DNA of 64,000 nt from Hydrurus foetidus (GCA_900617105.1 UYFQ01000005.1:248001-312000), one strand, 5' to 3'; numbered from the stretch's first letter, positions 41,742 through 50,646 are shown. Program-made: numbers and translations. The notes: generated by a model from the sequence alone, not told the origin.

Positions 41742-42836
41742 ATGAATGCCCTAGAAGCCGAACTCCATTACCCCTTTGGCGATACCCTGCCCCCGCCCGG
41801 CACCACGATGGTGGTGGCACCCGGTGTCAAATGGATTCGCATGGCGCTGCCGTTTGCGCTCGACCACATCAACCTATGGCTGCTGCGTGATGAGCTGGAC
41901 AGCCCCACCGACAGCAGCGTCAAGCTGCAAGGCTGGACAGTGGTGGACTGCTGCATCAGCAAAGCCGAATCCAAAGCCCAGTGGGAAGACATTTTTGCCA
42001 CCCAACTGGAAGGCCTGCCCATCCTGCGTGTGCTCGTCACCCACATGCACCCCGACCACATCGGTCTGGCCTCGTGGCTGTGCGAGCGCTGGAAGGCGCC
42101 GCTGTGGATCAGCGCAACGGACTACCACACCGCCCGCATGGCCTCGCAAAGCACGACGGGTTTTGGCGGAGAAACGGCATCCGCCTACTTTGCCTCGCAC
42201 GGCCTGAACGACCCTGACTCGGTAGCCCAAATCAAAGCCCGCACCAACTACTACCCCGACATGGTGCCCAGCGTGCCCGCACGTTACGTGCGCATCATGG
42301 ACGGCGACCGCGTACGCGTGGGCGGCAAAGGCCCAGGAGGCAAAGACTGGCGCTGCATCAGCGGCTACGGCCATGCGCCCGAGCACATCGCGCTCTACTG
42401 CGAGCAAGACAAGGTGTTGATAGGCGGCGACATGATGCTGCCGCGCATCTCCACCAACGTGAGCGTCTACGAAATGGAGCCGGAATCCAACGCATTGACG
42501 CAGTTTTTGCAGTCCATTGACCGCTTCCGCGCCCTGCCGGAAGACACCCTCACCCTGCCCTCGCACGGCAAGCCCTTCCAAGGTTTGTACCAGCGCATCC
42601 AGCAACTGCACGACCACCACCGCGACCGCTTGGCCGAGGTGATGCAAGCCTGCACCGAAGCCCCCCAAAGCGCCGCCAACATCCTGCCCATCATGTTCAA
42701 ACGCCAACTCGATTTGCACCAAACCACGTTCGCCATGGGCGAGGCTGTAGCGCATCTGCACGCGCTGTGGTTTGAGGGGAAGCTGGTGCGACGGCTGGAG
42801 GCGGATGGGGTTTATCGGTTCAGCGCAACGACCTAA
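41742..42836 (+). CDS. MBL-fold metallo-hydrolase
   Basis: THMHPDH, GHAPEH, GDMMLPRISTN, LPSHG. Confidence 0.88.
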   Translation: MNALEAELHYPFGDTLPPPGTTMVVAPGVKWIRMALPFALDHINLWLLRDELDSPTDSSVKLQGWTVVDCCISKAESKAQWEDIFATQLEGLPILRVLVTHMHPDHIGLASWLCERWKAPLWISATDYHTARMASQSTTGFGGETASAYFASHGLNDPDSVAQIKARTNYYPDMVPSVPARYVRIMDGDRVRVGGKGPGGKDWRCISGYGHAPEHIALYCEQDKVLIGGDMMLPRISTNVSVYEMEPESNALTQFLQSIDRFRALPEDTLTLPSHGKPFQGLYQRIQQLHDHHRDRLAEVMQACTEAPQSAANILPIMFKRQLDLHQTTFAMGEAVAHLHALWFEGKLVRRLEADGVYRFSATT

Positions 42837-42845
42837 AATGCACGC

Positions 42846-43265
42846 ATGGATATTGACCTTGGCTCACTTGAATCGTCCGTCAGCGCACTGGAGCGGGCCT
42901 GCGGCATCACGGCAGACGCGGCCCAGTGGCAGGGTTTGTCGCCTGCGGTGCAAGAAGCCATCAAATCCGGGGTCATCCAATGCTTTGAAGTGGCCTACGA
43001 ACAGGCTTGGAAAATGATGCAGCGCTGGCTGGAAATCAACCGCAGCCCCAGCGAATTAACTGGCGCCACACGTCGCCACCTCTACCGCCTCGCCGCCGAA
43101 GAAGGTTTGATTGACGATGTGGACTTGTGGATGACGTTCAACAAAGCCCGCAACCAAACCTCACACACCTACGACCATGCCGTGGCGCAAGCGGTGTTTG
43201 ACACCGCAGCAGCCTTCTTGGTCAAGGCGAACTTGCTCGTCAAGCACTTGCAAAATGCCACCTGA
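42846..43265 (+). CDS. HEPN-domain RNase toxin (HI0074/HepT-like)
   Basis: IQCFEVAYEQAWK and RNQTSHTY (RX4HXY). Confidence 0.85.
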   Translation: MDIDLGSLESSVSALERACGITADAAQWQGLSPAVQEAIKSGVIQCFEVAYEQAWKMMQRWLEINRSPSELTGATRRHLYRLAAEEGLIDDVDLWMTFNKARNQTSHTYDHAVAQAVFDTAAAFLVKANLLVKHLQNAT

Positions 43266-43274
43266 GAGCACGCC

Positions 43275-43592
43275 ATGATTGACCTGCCCGCACCGCAATT
43301 GGCGCAAATCAAACAACTGATTGCCAAGCACTTGCCCGGCGCAAACGCCTTTGCCTTTGGTTCGCGCGTCACCGGCAAAGCACGCCAGCATTCCGATCTG
43401 GATGTGGCCGTTGAACGGAATCTGCCGTTCACATGGCAAGAACTGGCGACGCTGCGTGAAGCGCTGATGGAGTCTGATTTACCGATTCGGGTGGATGTGG
43501 TGGATTGGGCACGCTGCTCGGTGAAGTTTCAAGTGCTGGCAGGGCGGGTGCGGGAACTCTTGATAGAGGGCGAAGCGCTAACAGCAACTTGA
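43275..43592 (+). CDS. Minimal nucleotidyltransferase antitoxin (MntA-like)
   Basis: FGSRVTGKARQHSDLD (GSX10DXD), LPIRVDVVD. Confidence 0.87.
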   Translation: MIDLPAPQLAQIKQLIAKHLPGANAFAFGSRVTGKARQHSDLDVAVERNLPFTWQELATLREALMESDLPIRVDVVDWARCSVKFQVLAGRVRELLIEGEALTAT

Positions 43593-43619
43593 CAGCGCTT
43601 CACGCAGCTACAACGACAC

Positions 43620-44420
43620 TTACGCCCACCCCGGCACCGTCGCCGTCTTCAACTCCCGCCGCAGCCCCGCATAGTCCGGCATCACACTGCCCACCGTCGC
43701 CCAAAAGCGCGGGCTGTGGTCCATCACGCGCAGGTGGCTCAGCTCATGTACCACCACGTAATCCAGCACTGGCATGCGGAAATGCATCAAGCGCCAGTTC
43801 AGGCGGATGGAGCCGTCGCTGCTGGCGCTGCCCCAGCGGGTTTTGGCGCTGGAGAGGGTGAGGCGGCTCCACTGCACGGCCAGTTGCGGGGCGTAGTGGG
43901 TGAGGCGCTCAGTGAACAGGCGACGGGCTTGGCGGGTCAGCCAGGTTTGGGTGGCATCGCGGATTTGGTCGGGCGTGGCACTGCTGAGTAAGGGCAGGTG
44001 CAGGGTGTGGCGTGGGGTGCCAGCTATGGAACTATCTGCTGTTGCACTGTCATCGGTATGCAGCTCCGCCGCAGCGCGGTTGATGGCCAAACGAGGGTTG
44101 AGCAGCACCGTCATCGTCTCACCCAGGTAGGGCAAGGTGACACCCTCTTTCCAGTCGATTTGGGCGGATACGCGGCGTTGCTGGCGCTCTTGGGTTTCGC
44201 CCAGTTTTTCGATAATCCAGCGGGCTTTGTCGCGCACGGCGGCGTCCACCTCGGCCAAAGGCACCCACTTGGGGGCGCTGACGACCAAGCCTTCCGGGCG
44301 AATGACGAAGCCGATGGAGCGGCGTGTGGCACGGCGGAACTCGTAGGCGATGCGGGCATCGCCCAGCACGATTTCGCGGTTGGCGCGAGGGTGGGAATAA
44401 GCGGCCAGCAGCATCAACAC
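43620..44420 (-). CDS. M48/SprT-like (YgjP) zinc metallopeptidase-family protein
   Basis: RWGSAS, IRLNWRL, DYVVVHELSH, DHSPRFW; start codon uncertain. Confidence 0.82.
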   Translation of the reverse strand: MLMLLAAYSHPRANREIVLGDARIAYEFRRATRRSIGFVIRPEGLVVSAPKWVPLAEVDAAVRDKARWIIEKLGETQERQQRRVSAQIDWKEGVTLPYLGETMTVLLNPRLAINRAAAELHTDDSATADSSIAGTPRHTLHLPLLSSATPDQIRDATQTWLTRQARRLFTERLTHYAPQLAVQWSRLTLSSAKTRWGSASSDGSIRLNWRLMHFRMPVLDYVVVHELSHLRVMDHSPRFWATVGSVMPDYAGLRRELKTATVPGWA

Positions 44421-44434
44421 ACACGCCTGAGCAA

Positions 44435-45232
44435 TTAACGCGCTACTTTATCGGTAGCACCCACAACAGCAGAAGCGACGGTCTCGCCCGCATAGGCCTC
44501 GGGATCAAGGCGGCGCATTTCGGCCTCAATCCAGGCTTGCACCTCGCGCATCAGCTCGTCCTGTTGACGGCCCACGCTGGGGATGGGTTTGCCAATCGAC
44601 ACCTCAACCGTGCCGGGGATTTTGATGAGCCCCTTGCGCGGCCAGCATTTGGCGGAGCTGACGGCCACCGGCACCACCGGCGCACCGGTTTCAATCGCCA
44701 GCCGGGTGCCCCCTGATTTGTACTGCCCCACCTTGCCGCGTGGAATGCGCGTGCCCTCGGGAAACATGATGACCCAGGTGCCGATACCCAGCAGGCGGCG
44801 GCCTTGCGCCACCACTTTGACAAAGGCGTTTTTACCGTCTTTGCGGTCGATGTGGATCATGTCGCAGCGGGCGATACCCCAACCAAAAAACGGAATGCTG
44901 AGAATTTCCTTTTTAAACACATAAGCCAGCGGGCGCGGCATGATGAGTGGCATCAAAAACGTCTCCAGCGTGGACTGGTGTTTGACCAGCAGCACGGCGG
45001 GCAAGGGGTGGCCGTTGGCATCCAGACCGGGCAAATTCTCACGCCCGGTGACGCGCCAGTTCACCCCACAAATCAGCCGCAGCCCGTGCATAGCGCAGGC
45101 CAAGAAGGTGTTAGCGGCTTTCAGCATGTGCCGGGAACCGGCAAACGGTGTGGCGGCCACCATCCAGAAAGCGACGGGAATCACAGTGATGAGCATCCAC
45201 AGCAGGTGCAAGACGGAACGGATCAGGGACAT
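44435..45232 (-). CDS. plsC: 1-acyl-sn-glycerol-3-phosphate acyltransferase
   Basis: KHQSTLET, FPEGTR, YKSGG; usual glyS-gmhB-plsC synteny. Confidence 0.85.
   Translation of the reverse strand: MSLIRSVLHLLWMLITVIPVAFWMVAATPFAGSRHMLKAANTFLACAMHGLRLICGVNWRVTGRENLPGLDANGHPLPAVLLVKHQSTLETFLMPLIMPRPLAYVFKKEILSIPFFGWGIARCDMIHIDRKDGKNAFVKVVAQGRRLLGIGTWVIMFPEGTRIPRGKVGQYKSGGTRLAIETGAPVVPVAVSSAKCWPRKGLIKIPGTVEVSIGKPIPSVGRQQDELMREVQAWIEAEMRRLDPEAYAGETVASAVVGATDKVAR
44442..44458. repeat. Core of dispersed element forming the plsC C-terminus
   Basis: GCTACTTTATCGGTAGC; encodes ATDKVA just before the stop codon. Confidence 0.65.
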
Positions 45233-45260
45233 GGTGTAGGGGCCGGTTAGGAAGATCGTT

Positions 45261-45312
45261 TAGGATCCTCAGTGCTTATCGAATGGGCGTTTTCAGCTAC
45301 TATAAACATAGC
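45261..45312 (-). repeat. Intergenic copy of dispersed element between gmhB and plsC
   Basis: Minus strand GCTATGTTTATAGTAGC-TGAAAA-CGC-CCATTCGATA-AGCACT. Confidence 0.7.
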
Positions 45313-45344
45313 AAACAAATGCCACGAGAGCCACTGGTGGGCAC

Positions 45345-45908
45345 TTATTTCTTCTGTGAGGTGTCTCCCACCAGCAGGTAATCGGCAAAGGCCATCAGGT
45401 TTTCATGAACGCGGGTGTGGGGCGGGAAGTCCGCACTGAGCGGTTGGTCACGGAACGGTTCGCCCTTGCCCGTCAACACCAGGTGCGGCTTGCAGCCCGC
45501 TTGGGCTGCGGCTTGGGCATCGCGCAGGGAGTCTCCCACAGCGGGCACCGTGGCCATATCGAGGTTGTAGCGGTCGCAAATTTGCTCAAACAACCCCGGC
45601 AAAGGCTTTCTGCAACGGCAACTGTCTTCGGGCGTGTGGGGGCAGTAAAACACCGCATCCACCTTGGCCCCCACGGCCCCCAGCAGCTTGTACATCTTGG
45701 CGTGCATGGCGTTGAGCGTGGCCACGTCGAACAAGCCCCGCCCCAGGCCGGACTGGTTGGACGCGATCACCACATGCCAACCGGCATGGTTCAGCCGCGC
45801 AATGGCTTCGAGCGCACCGGGCAGCGGCTGCCATTCGTCAGGCGATTTGATGAAATCGTCACTGTCTTGATTGATAGTGCCGTCGCGGTCGAGGATGGCG
45901 AGTTTCAT
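45345..45908 (-). CDS. gmhB: D-glycero-beta-D-manno-heptose 1,7-bisphosphate 7-phosphatase
   Basis: LDRDGTIN, SNQSGLGRG, CPH...CRCRKP, VGDSLRD. Confidence 0.9.
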   Translation of the reverse strand: MKLAILDRDGTINQDSDDFIKSPDEWQPLPGALEAIARLNHAGWHVVIASNQSGLGRGLFDVATLNAMHAKMYKLLGAVGAKVDAVFYCPHTPEDSCRCRKPLPGLFEQICDRYNLDMATVPAVGDSLRDAQAAAQAGCKPHLVLTGKGEPFRDQPLSADFPPHTRVHENLMAFADYLLVGDTSQKK

Positions 45909-46477
45909 GGGTGGGGGCTCGTAGGTGGGGCTTCAGGGGGAGGCATCATGGCGACAGTGGCCTCTAGCCGTCTGCGGTCTATCCAGGCGATGAGGTGGGT
46001 CAGCGGGTAGAGTGTGTTGTCCAGCATGCTCGCACGCTGCTTCAAGGTATCGGCATCCAGCAATTCGGCTTTGAACAACTCGCACACAAAATCAGCGTCT
46101 TTTTCGCGCCCAGCCACGCATTTCGAAAGTGCAAGATCGTGAAGATCGGGGCAAATGGCGGTAATGTCGCCCAGGTAATGCAGGCTGGCGCGCTGCATCC
46201 AATCGGCAGGCATGACGGCGGTTTCCGGGCCTACGCCGTCGGCGTGGTAGCCGAAGGTGTCGTGAAAGGTGGACAACGCGCCAATAGCACCGTCTATCAA
46301 ATCCGCTTTTTCAGGGTGCATAGCGGGGTACAGGTCAATTTCTGACGAAACCAGCAGTGCAGCAGGCGCGTTAGGCAGCACCAACAACACGGCCTGACTG
46401 CCGACCAAAACGAACGATTTCTCTAACGAAATGGCCGCAGCAGCTCGCAAGACATGCTCAAGCTCAGGCAGTTGCAC
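45905..46477 (-). CDS. Putative nucleotidyltransferase toxin (DUF6036-like, Pol-beta/AbiEii-like)
   Basis: VLVGSQA...SSEIDL N-terminal NTase motif, FHDTFGYHADGV, C-terminal LSKCVAGREKDADF; overlaps both neighbouring genes. Confidence 0.65.
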   Translation of the reverse strand: MQLPELEHVLRAAAAISLEKSFVLVGSQAVLLVLPNAPAALLVSSEIDLYPAMHPEKADLIDGAIGALSTFHDTFGYHADGVGPETAVMPADWMQRASLHYLGDITAICPDLHDLALSKCVAGREKDADFVCELFKAELLDADTLKQRASMLDNTLYPLTHLIAWIDRRRLEATVAMMPPPEAPPTSPHP

Positions 46478-46811
46478 GTCTCACCTCTGGCAAGGATGGT
46501 GGCATCGTCTCGCGTCGCAGCGCCTGCCGCTCTTGGGCACTCAGCAGAAAGCCCAAGGGAGACATACTGCGCAGCGTAGCGGCTTCGTGCGTGTCGCTGC
46601 AAACCACTTGGGCCAGCTTGTCACCACTGCTGTTGAGCAATTGCTCCCAGCGGTTCAAATAGACATCGGATGATTGCTCCCCGCGCTGAGTCCGCCACCG
46701 CTGCACAACAGCCAAAGCAGCGCCAAGACGTGACGGGTTGATCCGCAACCGTTCAACCGCTTCGCGGTGAAAAGCCAAAGAGAACCTGTCAATGTCTTGC
46801 TGGGAGGGCAT
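46464..46811 (-). CDS. Hypothetical helical protein, putative partner/antitoxin of the NTase
   Basis: SLAFHREAVERL...RWEQLL...LRSMSPLGFLL; overlaps the downstream NTase gene. Confidence 0.6.
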   Translation of the reverse strand: MPSQQDIDRFSLAFHREAVERLRINPSRLGAALAVVQRWRTQRGEQSSDVYLNRWEQLLNSSGDKLAQVVCSDTHEAATLRSMSPLGFLLSAQERQALRRETMPPSLPEVRRATA

Positions 46812-46835
46812 GGCGTGATTATCCGGCGCTACAGC

Positions 46836-48986
46836 CTACGCCGCCAGCCGGGCCAAATCGGCCACCCGGTTCATCGCCTCGTGCAGGGTCTTGAGCAGGC
46901 CTTGGCGGTTGAGGCGCAAATCGTCTTGCTCGGCATTCACCATCACGCCATCAAAGAACGCATCGACCGGCGCACGCAGCGCGGCCAGGGATTGCAGTGA
47001 GGCGGTGTAGTCACCGGCTTCAAACTGCGCCTGCGCTTGGGGGGTGATGGCGTTCATCGCGGCGTAGAGGGCGATCTCAGCGGGTTCCTTGAGCAGGATG
47101 ACGCTGACGTGGGGATCCACCTCATCGGCTTTTTTCAGGATGTTGCTGATGCGCTTGTTGGCGGCAGCGAGGGCGGGGGCTTCAGGCAGGGCGTTGAAGG
47201 CACGGACAGCGGACAAGCGTTTGGGGATGCTGGCCCACTCGGTCATCTTTTTGGCGTAGATGGCGGCATCAACCTCGGGGGCGGAATAGCCTGCATCCTT
47301 CAAGTAACCCTTGAGGCGTTCGATCAAAAACACGTCCAGCTCCACCGCAGCGTCTTGCAACATGCCCTCGGGGAAAGCGGCAAACGCCAAACGGGTCAGC
47401 GCGTGGAAATGCAGCGGCAATTCGCGCTCCACCAGCATACGCACCACGCCCAACGCATGGCGGCGCAAGGCGAACGGGTCGCGGTCGCCGGTGGGCAAGT
47501 TGCCGATGCCGAACATACCCGCCAGCGTCTCCAACTTGTCCGCCAACGCCACAGCCACACCCACGGCATTACGCGGCAGAGTATCGCCCGCAAAACGGGG
47601 TTTGTAGTGGTCTTCAATCGCGTCCGCCACGTCGGCGCTCAGGCCGTCGTTCAATGCGTAGTAGCGGCCCATCGTGCCTTGCAGCTCGGGGAATTCGCCC
47701 ACCATGTCCGTCACCAGATCGGTCTTGGCCAGCATCGCCGCTTGATCCGCCTGCGCAGCTAAAGCGTCGCCACCGAGTTGCTGGGCGATGGCCTTGGCGA
47801 TGGCGCGTACACGCTCGCCACGCTCGCCTTGGGAGCCGAGTTTGTTGTGGTAAACCACTTTGTCCAGCCCCGCCACCCTGGAGGCCAAGGTTTTCTTGCG
47901 GTCTTGGTCGAAGAAGAATTTGGCATCGGCGAGGCGCGGACGCACCACGCGCTCGTTGCCGCCGATCACCGCGCTGGCATCGTCGGGCGTGATGTTGCTG
48001 ACCACCAGGAACTGGTTCGTCAACTTGCCCGCTGCATCGAGCAGGGGGAAGTACTTCTGGTTGGCCTTCATCGTCAGGATCAGGCATTCCTGTGGTACGG
48101 CTAAGAATTCGCTCTCGAACGCGCAGACCAGCACGTTGGGGCGTTCGACCAAAGCGGTCACCTCATCGAGCAACGCTTCATCTTCGATAGCACGCACGCC
48201 ATTGCCAATCAGCGCAGAGGCCGCATTCAGCTGCCGAACAATCTCTGCACGGCGCTCGGTGAAACTGGCGATCACCGCACCATCGCGGGCGAGCGTGGCG
48301 GCGTAGCTGTCGGCATCCTGAAGCACGATGGGCGACACGGTGGCTTCAAAGCGGTGGCCTTGGGTGCTGTTGCCAGCCCGCAGGCCCAACGCCGTCACCG
48401 GCACCACATCCGCACCGTGCAGCGCCACCAGACCATGCGCGGGGCGCACGAAGTTCACGCTGCTCCAGCCGGGGAGTTCGCAGTCTTTTTCCAGCTGGTA
48501 GCTCATCACTTTGGGGATAGGCAGCTTGGCGATGGCTTGCGCCAAAGCCAGTTGCAGGCCATCGACCAACGTGGCGCCTTTGACGGTGCTGTCGTAAAAC
48601 AGAGCCTCAGCTTTGCCGTCCATCGCCCGCTTGAGGCCAGAAACAGCCGTGGCATCGGCACCCAGCGCTTGCAGCTTTTTGAGCAACGCCGGGCTGGCGT
48701 TGCCCGCAGCGTCCAGGCCCACCGCCACCGGCATGAGTTTTTGTGACACGGCTTTGTCTGCGCCCTGTGTACTCACGGCGGTGATGTGTGCGGCCAGACG
48801 GCGTGGGGATGCGAAGGCGGTCAGCACGGAATCCGCCTGCGTCAAGCCTTGGGCTTTGAGTTGCTCGAACAGCACCGAGGCGAAGGCATCGCCCAGTTTT
48901 TGCAGGGCTTTGGGGGGGAGTTCTTCGACGAAGAGTTCGACCAACAGATTGGCGAAAGGGTCGGCGGGGATATTAGAGATGCTCAT
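46836..48986 (-). CDS. glyS: Glycine--tRNA ligase beta subunit
   Basis: LLVELFVEELPPK, GNERVVRPRLADAKFF, MVGEFPELQG, DPFALRR. Confidence 0.95.
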   Translation of the reverse strand: MSISNIPADPFANLLVELFVEELPPKALQKLGDAFASVLFEQLKAQGLTQADSVLTAFASPRRLAAHITAVSTQGADKAVSQKLMPVAVGLDAAGNASPALLKKLQALGADATAVSGLKRAMDGKAEALFYDSTVKGATLVDGLQLALAQAIAKLPIPKVMSYQLEKDCELPGWSSVNFVRPAHGLVALHGADVVPVTALGLRAGNSTQGHRFEATVSPIVLQDADSYAATLARDGAVIASFTERRAEIVRQLNAASALIGNGVRAIEDEALLDEVTALVERPNVLVCAFESEFLAVPQECLILTMKANQKYFPLLDAAGKLTNQFLVVSNITPDDASAVIGGNERVVRPRLADAKFFFDQDRKKTLASRVAGLDKVVYHNKLGSQGERGERVRAIAKAIAQQLGGDALAAQADQAAMLAKTDLVTDMVGEFPELQGTMGRYYALNDGLSADVADAIEDHYKPRFAGDTLPRNAVGVAVALADKLETLAGMFGIGNLPTGDRDPFALRRHALGVVRMLVERELPLHFHALTRLAFAAFPEGMLQDAAVELDVFLIERLKGYLKDAGYSAPEVDAAIYAKKMTEWASIPKRLSAVRAFNALPEAPALAAANKRISNILKKADEVDPHVSVILLKEPAEIALYAAMNAITPQAQAQFEAGDYTASLQSLAALRAPVDAFFDGVMVNAEQDDLRLNRQGLLKTLHEAMNRVADLARLAA
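48175..48227 (+). repeat. Copy of dispersed element inside glyS
   Basis: GCTTCATCTTCGATAGC-ACGCAC-GCC-ATTGCCAATC-AGCGCA-GAG-GCC-GCATT. Confidence 0.7.
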
Positions 48987-49046
48987 ACGTCAATTCAATG
49001 GGGGGGTAGGGAATAGTGCAAAGCCACAAGGCGCTGCGTTCAAAAT

Positions 49047-49346
49047 TCAAGGGGCGTTCCACTTGTAGCCACGTTCACGTTGGCTTTTCACCGCCAAAAC
49101 CAGTGCGACATCGGCCATTGGGTTGTACTCATACAGCGCGATGTAGCCACCACCGACAGAAATCACCAACTCGCGCTGCCCTGATGTGGCGGTACGACCC
49201 ATGCCGGGACTGGACTCCAAAATACCGATGGCATCCACAATCTCTTGAACCCGGCGTACCGCCGTATCAGGGGCGTGATGGTCTAAAAAATCAAAAATAC
49301 GGATAAAGTCATGCTCGACTTGGTTCGAGAGAATGACGCGGGTCAT
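49047..49346 (-). CDS. RelE/ParE-family toxin
   Basis: HDFIRIFDFL, ILESSPGMGR, RELVISVGGGYIALY, VLAVKSQRE. Confidence 0.82.
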   Translation of the reverse strand: MTRVILSNQVEHDFIRIFDFLDHHAPDTAVRRVQEIVDAIGILESSPGMGRTATSGQRELVISVGGGYIALYEYNPMADVALVLAVKSQRERGYKWNAP

Positions 49347-49681
49347 GGCAATGGCGTTCGATGAAGGCTCTGGGTTCGCTGATCTTGGGCCAACTTGATG
49401 TCCGCAAAACTCTTGACTTGCAACGGCTTGGCAGGCAATTTAGCCGCACGGGCCAAGGCCCACTCACGAACATCATGCCAATCCAGCCCCTGCTGAGAAG
49501 CCTGCATGTCTGCTGAACGCTGTGCCGCTTCTTGCGCAATGCTGAGCCGCCACTCGGCCTCTTCCGTCTTTTCCGTCAAAGCCTCAACCATGAAGCTGTG
49601 GGCCGATTGGCCAGTCTTCATCGCCAAATCAACGATACGTTGACGTAATGGGGCATCAAGGCGGAGTGTGGTGGTGGTCAT
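49343..49681 (-). CDS. Ribbon-helix-helix (CopG-like) antitoxin
   Basis: MTTTTLRLDAPLRQRI...SAHSFMVEAL; ATGA overlap with the toxin gene. Confidence 0.8.
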   Translation of the reverse strand: MTTTTLRLDAPLRQRIVDLAMKTGQSAHSFMVEALTEKTEEAEWRLSIAQEAAQRSADMQASQQGLDWHDVREWALARAAKLPAKPLQVKSFADIKLAQDQRTQSLHRTPLP

Positions 49682-49698
49682 GCAGATTTCCTTTCAAC

Positions 49699-49716
49699 GT
49701 GGCACAAGTGTGTCAC
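49699..49716. promoter_or_regulatory. Candidate RHH operator GTGGCACA-AG-TGTGTCAC
   Basis: 7/8 inverted repeat just upstream of the antitoxin RBS. Confidence 0.45.
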
Positions 49717-49731
49717 AGCTTTAACCACGGA

Positions 49732-50646
49732 TCAAGCCGCTTTCTTGGTCAAAGGCACCATCTGCTCAACCCACTCGCGGGGAGCCATCGGGAAGCCCAG
49801 GCGTTCGCGGCTCTCGTAGTAGCTTTGGGCCACGCTGCGCGAGAGGTTGCGGATGCGGCCAATGTAGGCGGCGCGTTCCGTCACGCTGATGGCACCGCGT
49901 GCGTCGAGCAGGTTGAAGCTGTGGGCAGCTTTCAGCACCTGTTCGTAGGCGGGCAATGCGAGTTGCTGGACGATCAGGTTTTTGGCCTGCTTCTCGTGGG
50001 CGGTGAAGGCGGTGAACAGGAAGTCCACATCGCTGTGCTCGAAGTTGTAGGTGGACTGCTCCACCTCGTTTTGTTTGTACACGTCGCCGTATTTCAACCC
50101 ATCCGTCCATTCCAGGTTGTATACATTGTCCACGCCTTGCAGGTACATGGCGAGGCGTTCCAGGCCGTAAGTGATTTCACCGGTGGCGGGTTTGCAGTCG
50201 ATGCCGCCGACCTGCTGGAAATAGGTGAACTGCGTGACTTCCATGCCGTTCAACCAGACTTCCCAGCCCAAGCCCCAAGCGCCCAGAGTGGGGTTTTCCC
50301 AATCGTCTTCGACAAAGCGGATGTCGTTTTTCTTCAAATCAAAGCCCAACGCGGTCAGCGAACCGAGGTACAAATCAAGGATGTTGCTGGGGGCGGGCTT
50401 GAGCACGACCTGGTACTGGTAGTAGTGCTGCAAGCGGTTGGGGTTCTCGCCATAGCGGCCATCTTTGGGGCGGCGGCTGGGCTGGACGTAGGCCGCCTTC
50501 CAAGGCTCAGGGCCAATTGCTCTCAAAAACGTAGCTGTGTGTGACGTACCTGCGCCCACTTCCATGTCATAGGGCTGTAAAAGTGCACAACCCTGGTCAG
50601 ACCAGTAGTTTTGCAGCGTCAGGATGATTTTTTGAAAACTCAGCAT
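49732..50646 (-). CDS. glyQ: Glycine--tRNA ligase alpha subunit
   Basis: [45 protein letters not shown]. Confidence 0.96.
   Translation of the reverse strand: MLSFQKIILTLQNYWSDQGCALLQPYDMEVGAGTSHTATFLRAIGPEPWKAAYVQPSRRPKDGRYGENPNRLQHYYQYQVVLKPAPSNILDLYLGSLTALGFDLKKNDIRFVEDDWENPTLGAWGLGWEVWLNGMEVTQFTYFQQVGGIDCKPATGEITYGLERLAMYLQGVDNVYNLEWTDGLKYGDVYKQNEVEQSTYNFEHSDVDFLFTAFTAHEKQAKNLIVQQLALPAYEQVLKAAHSFNLLDARGAISVTERAAYIGRIRNLSRSVAQSYYESRERLGFPMAPREWVEQMVPLTKKAA
50519..50535. repeat. Core of dispersed element inside a conserved glyQ motif
   Basis: GCTCTCAAAAACGTAGC; codons ACA GCT ACG TTT TTG AGA GCA (TATFLRA). Confidence 0.55.
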
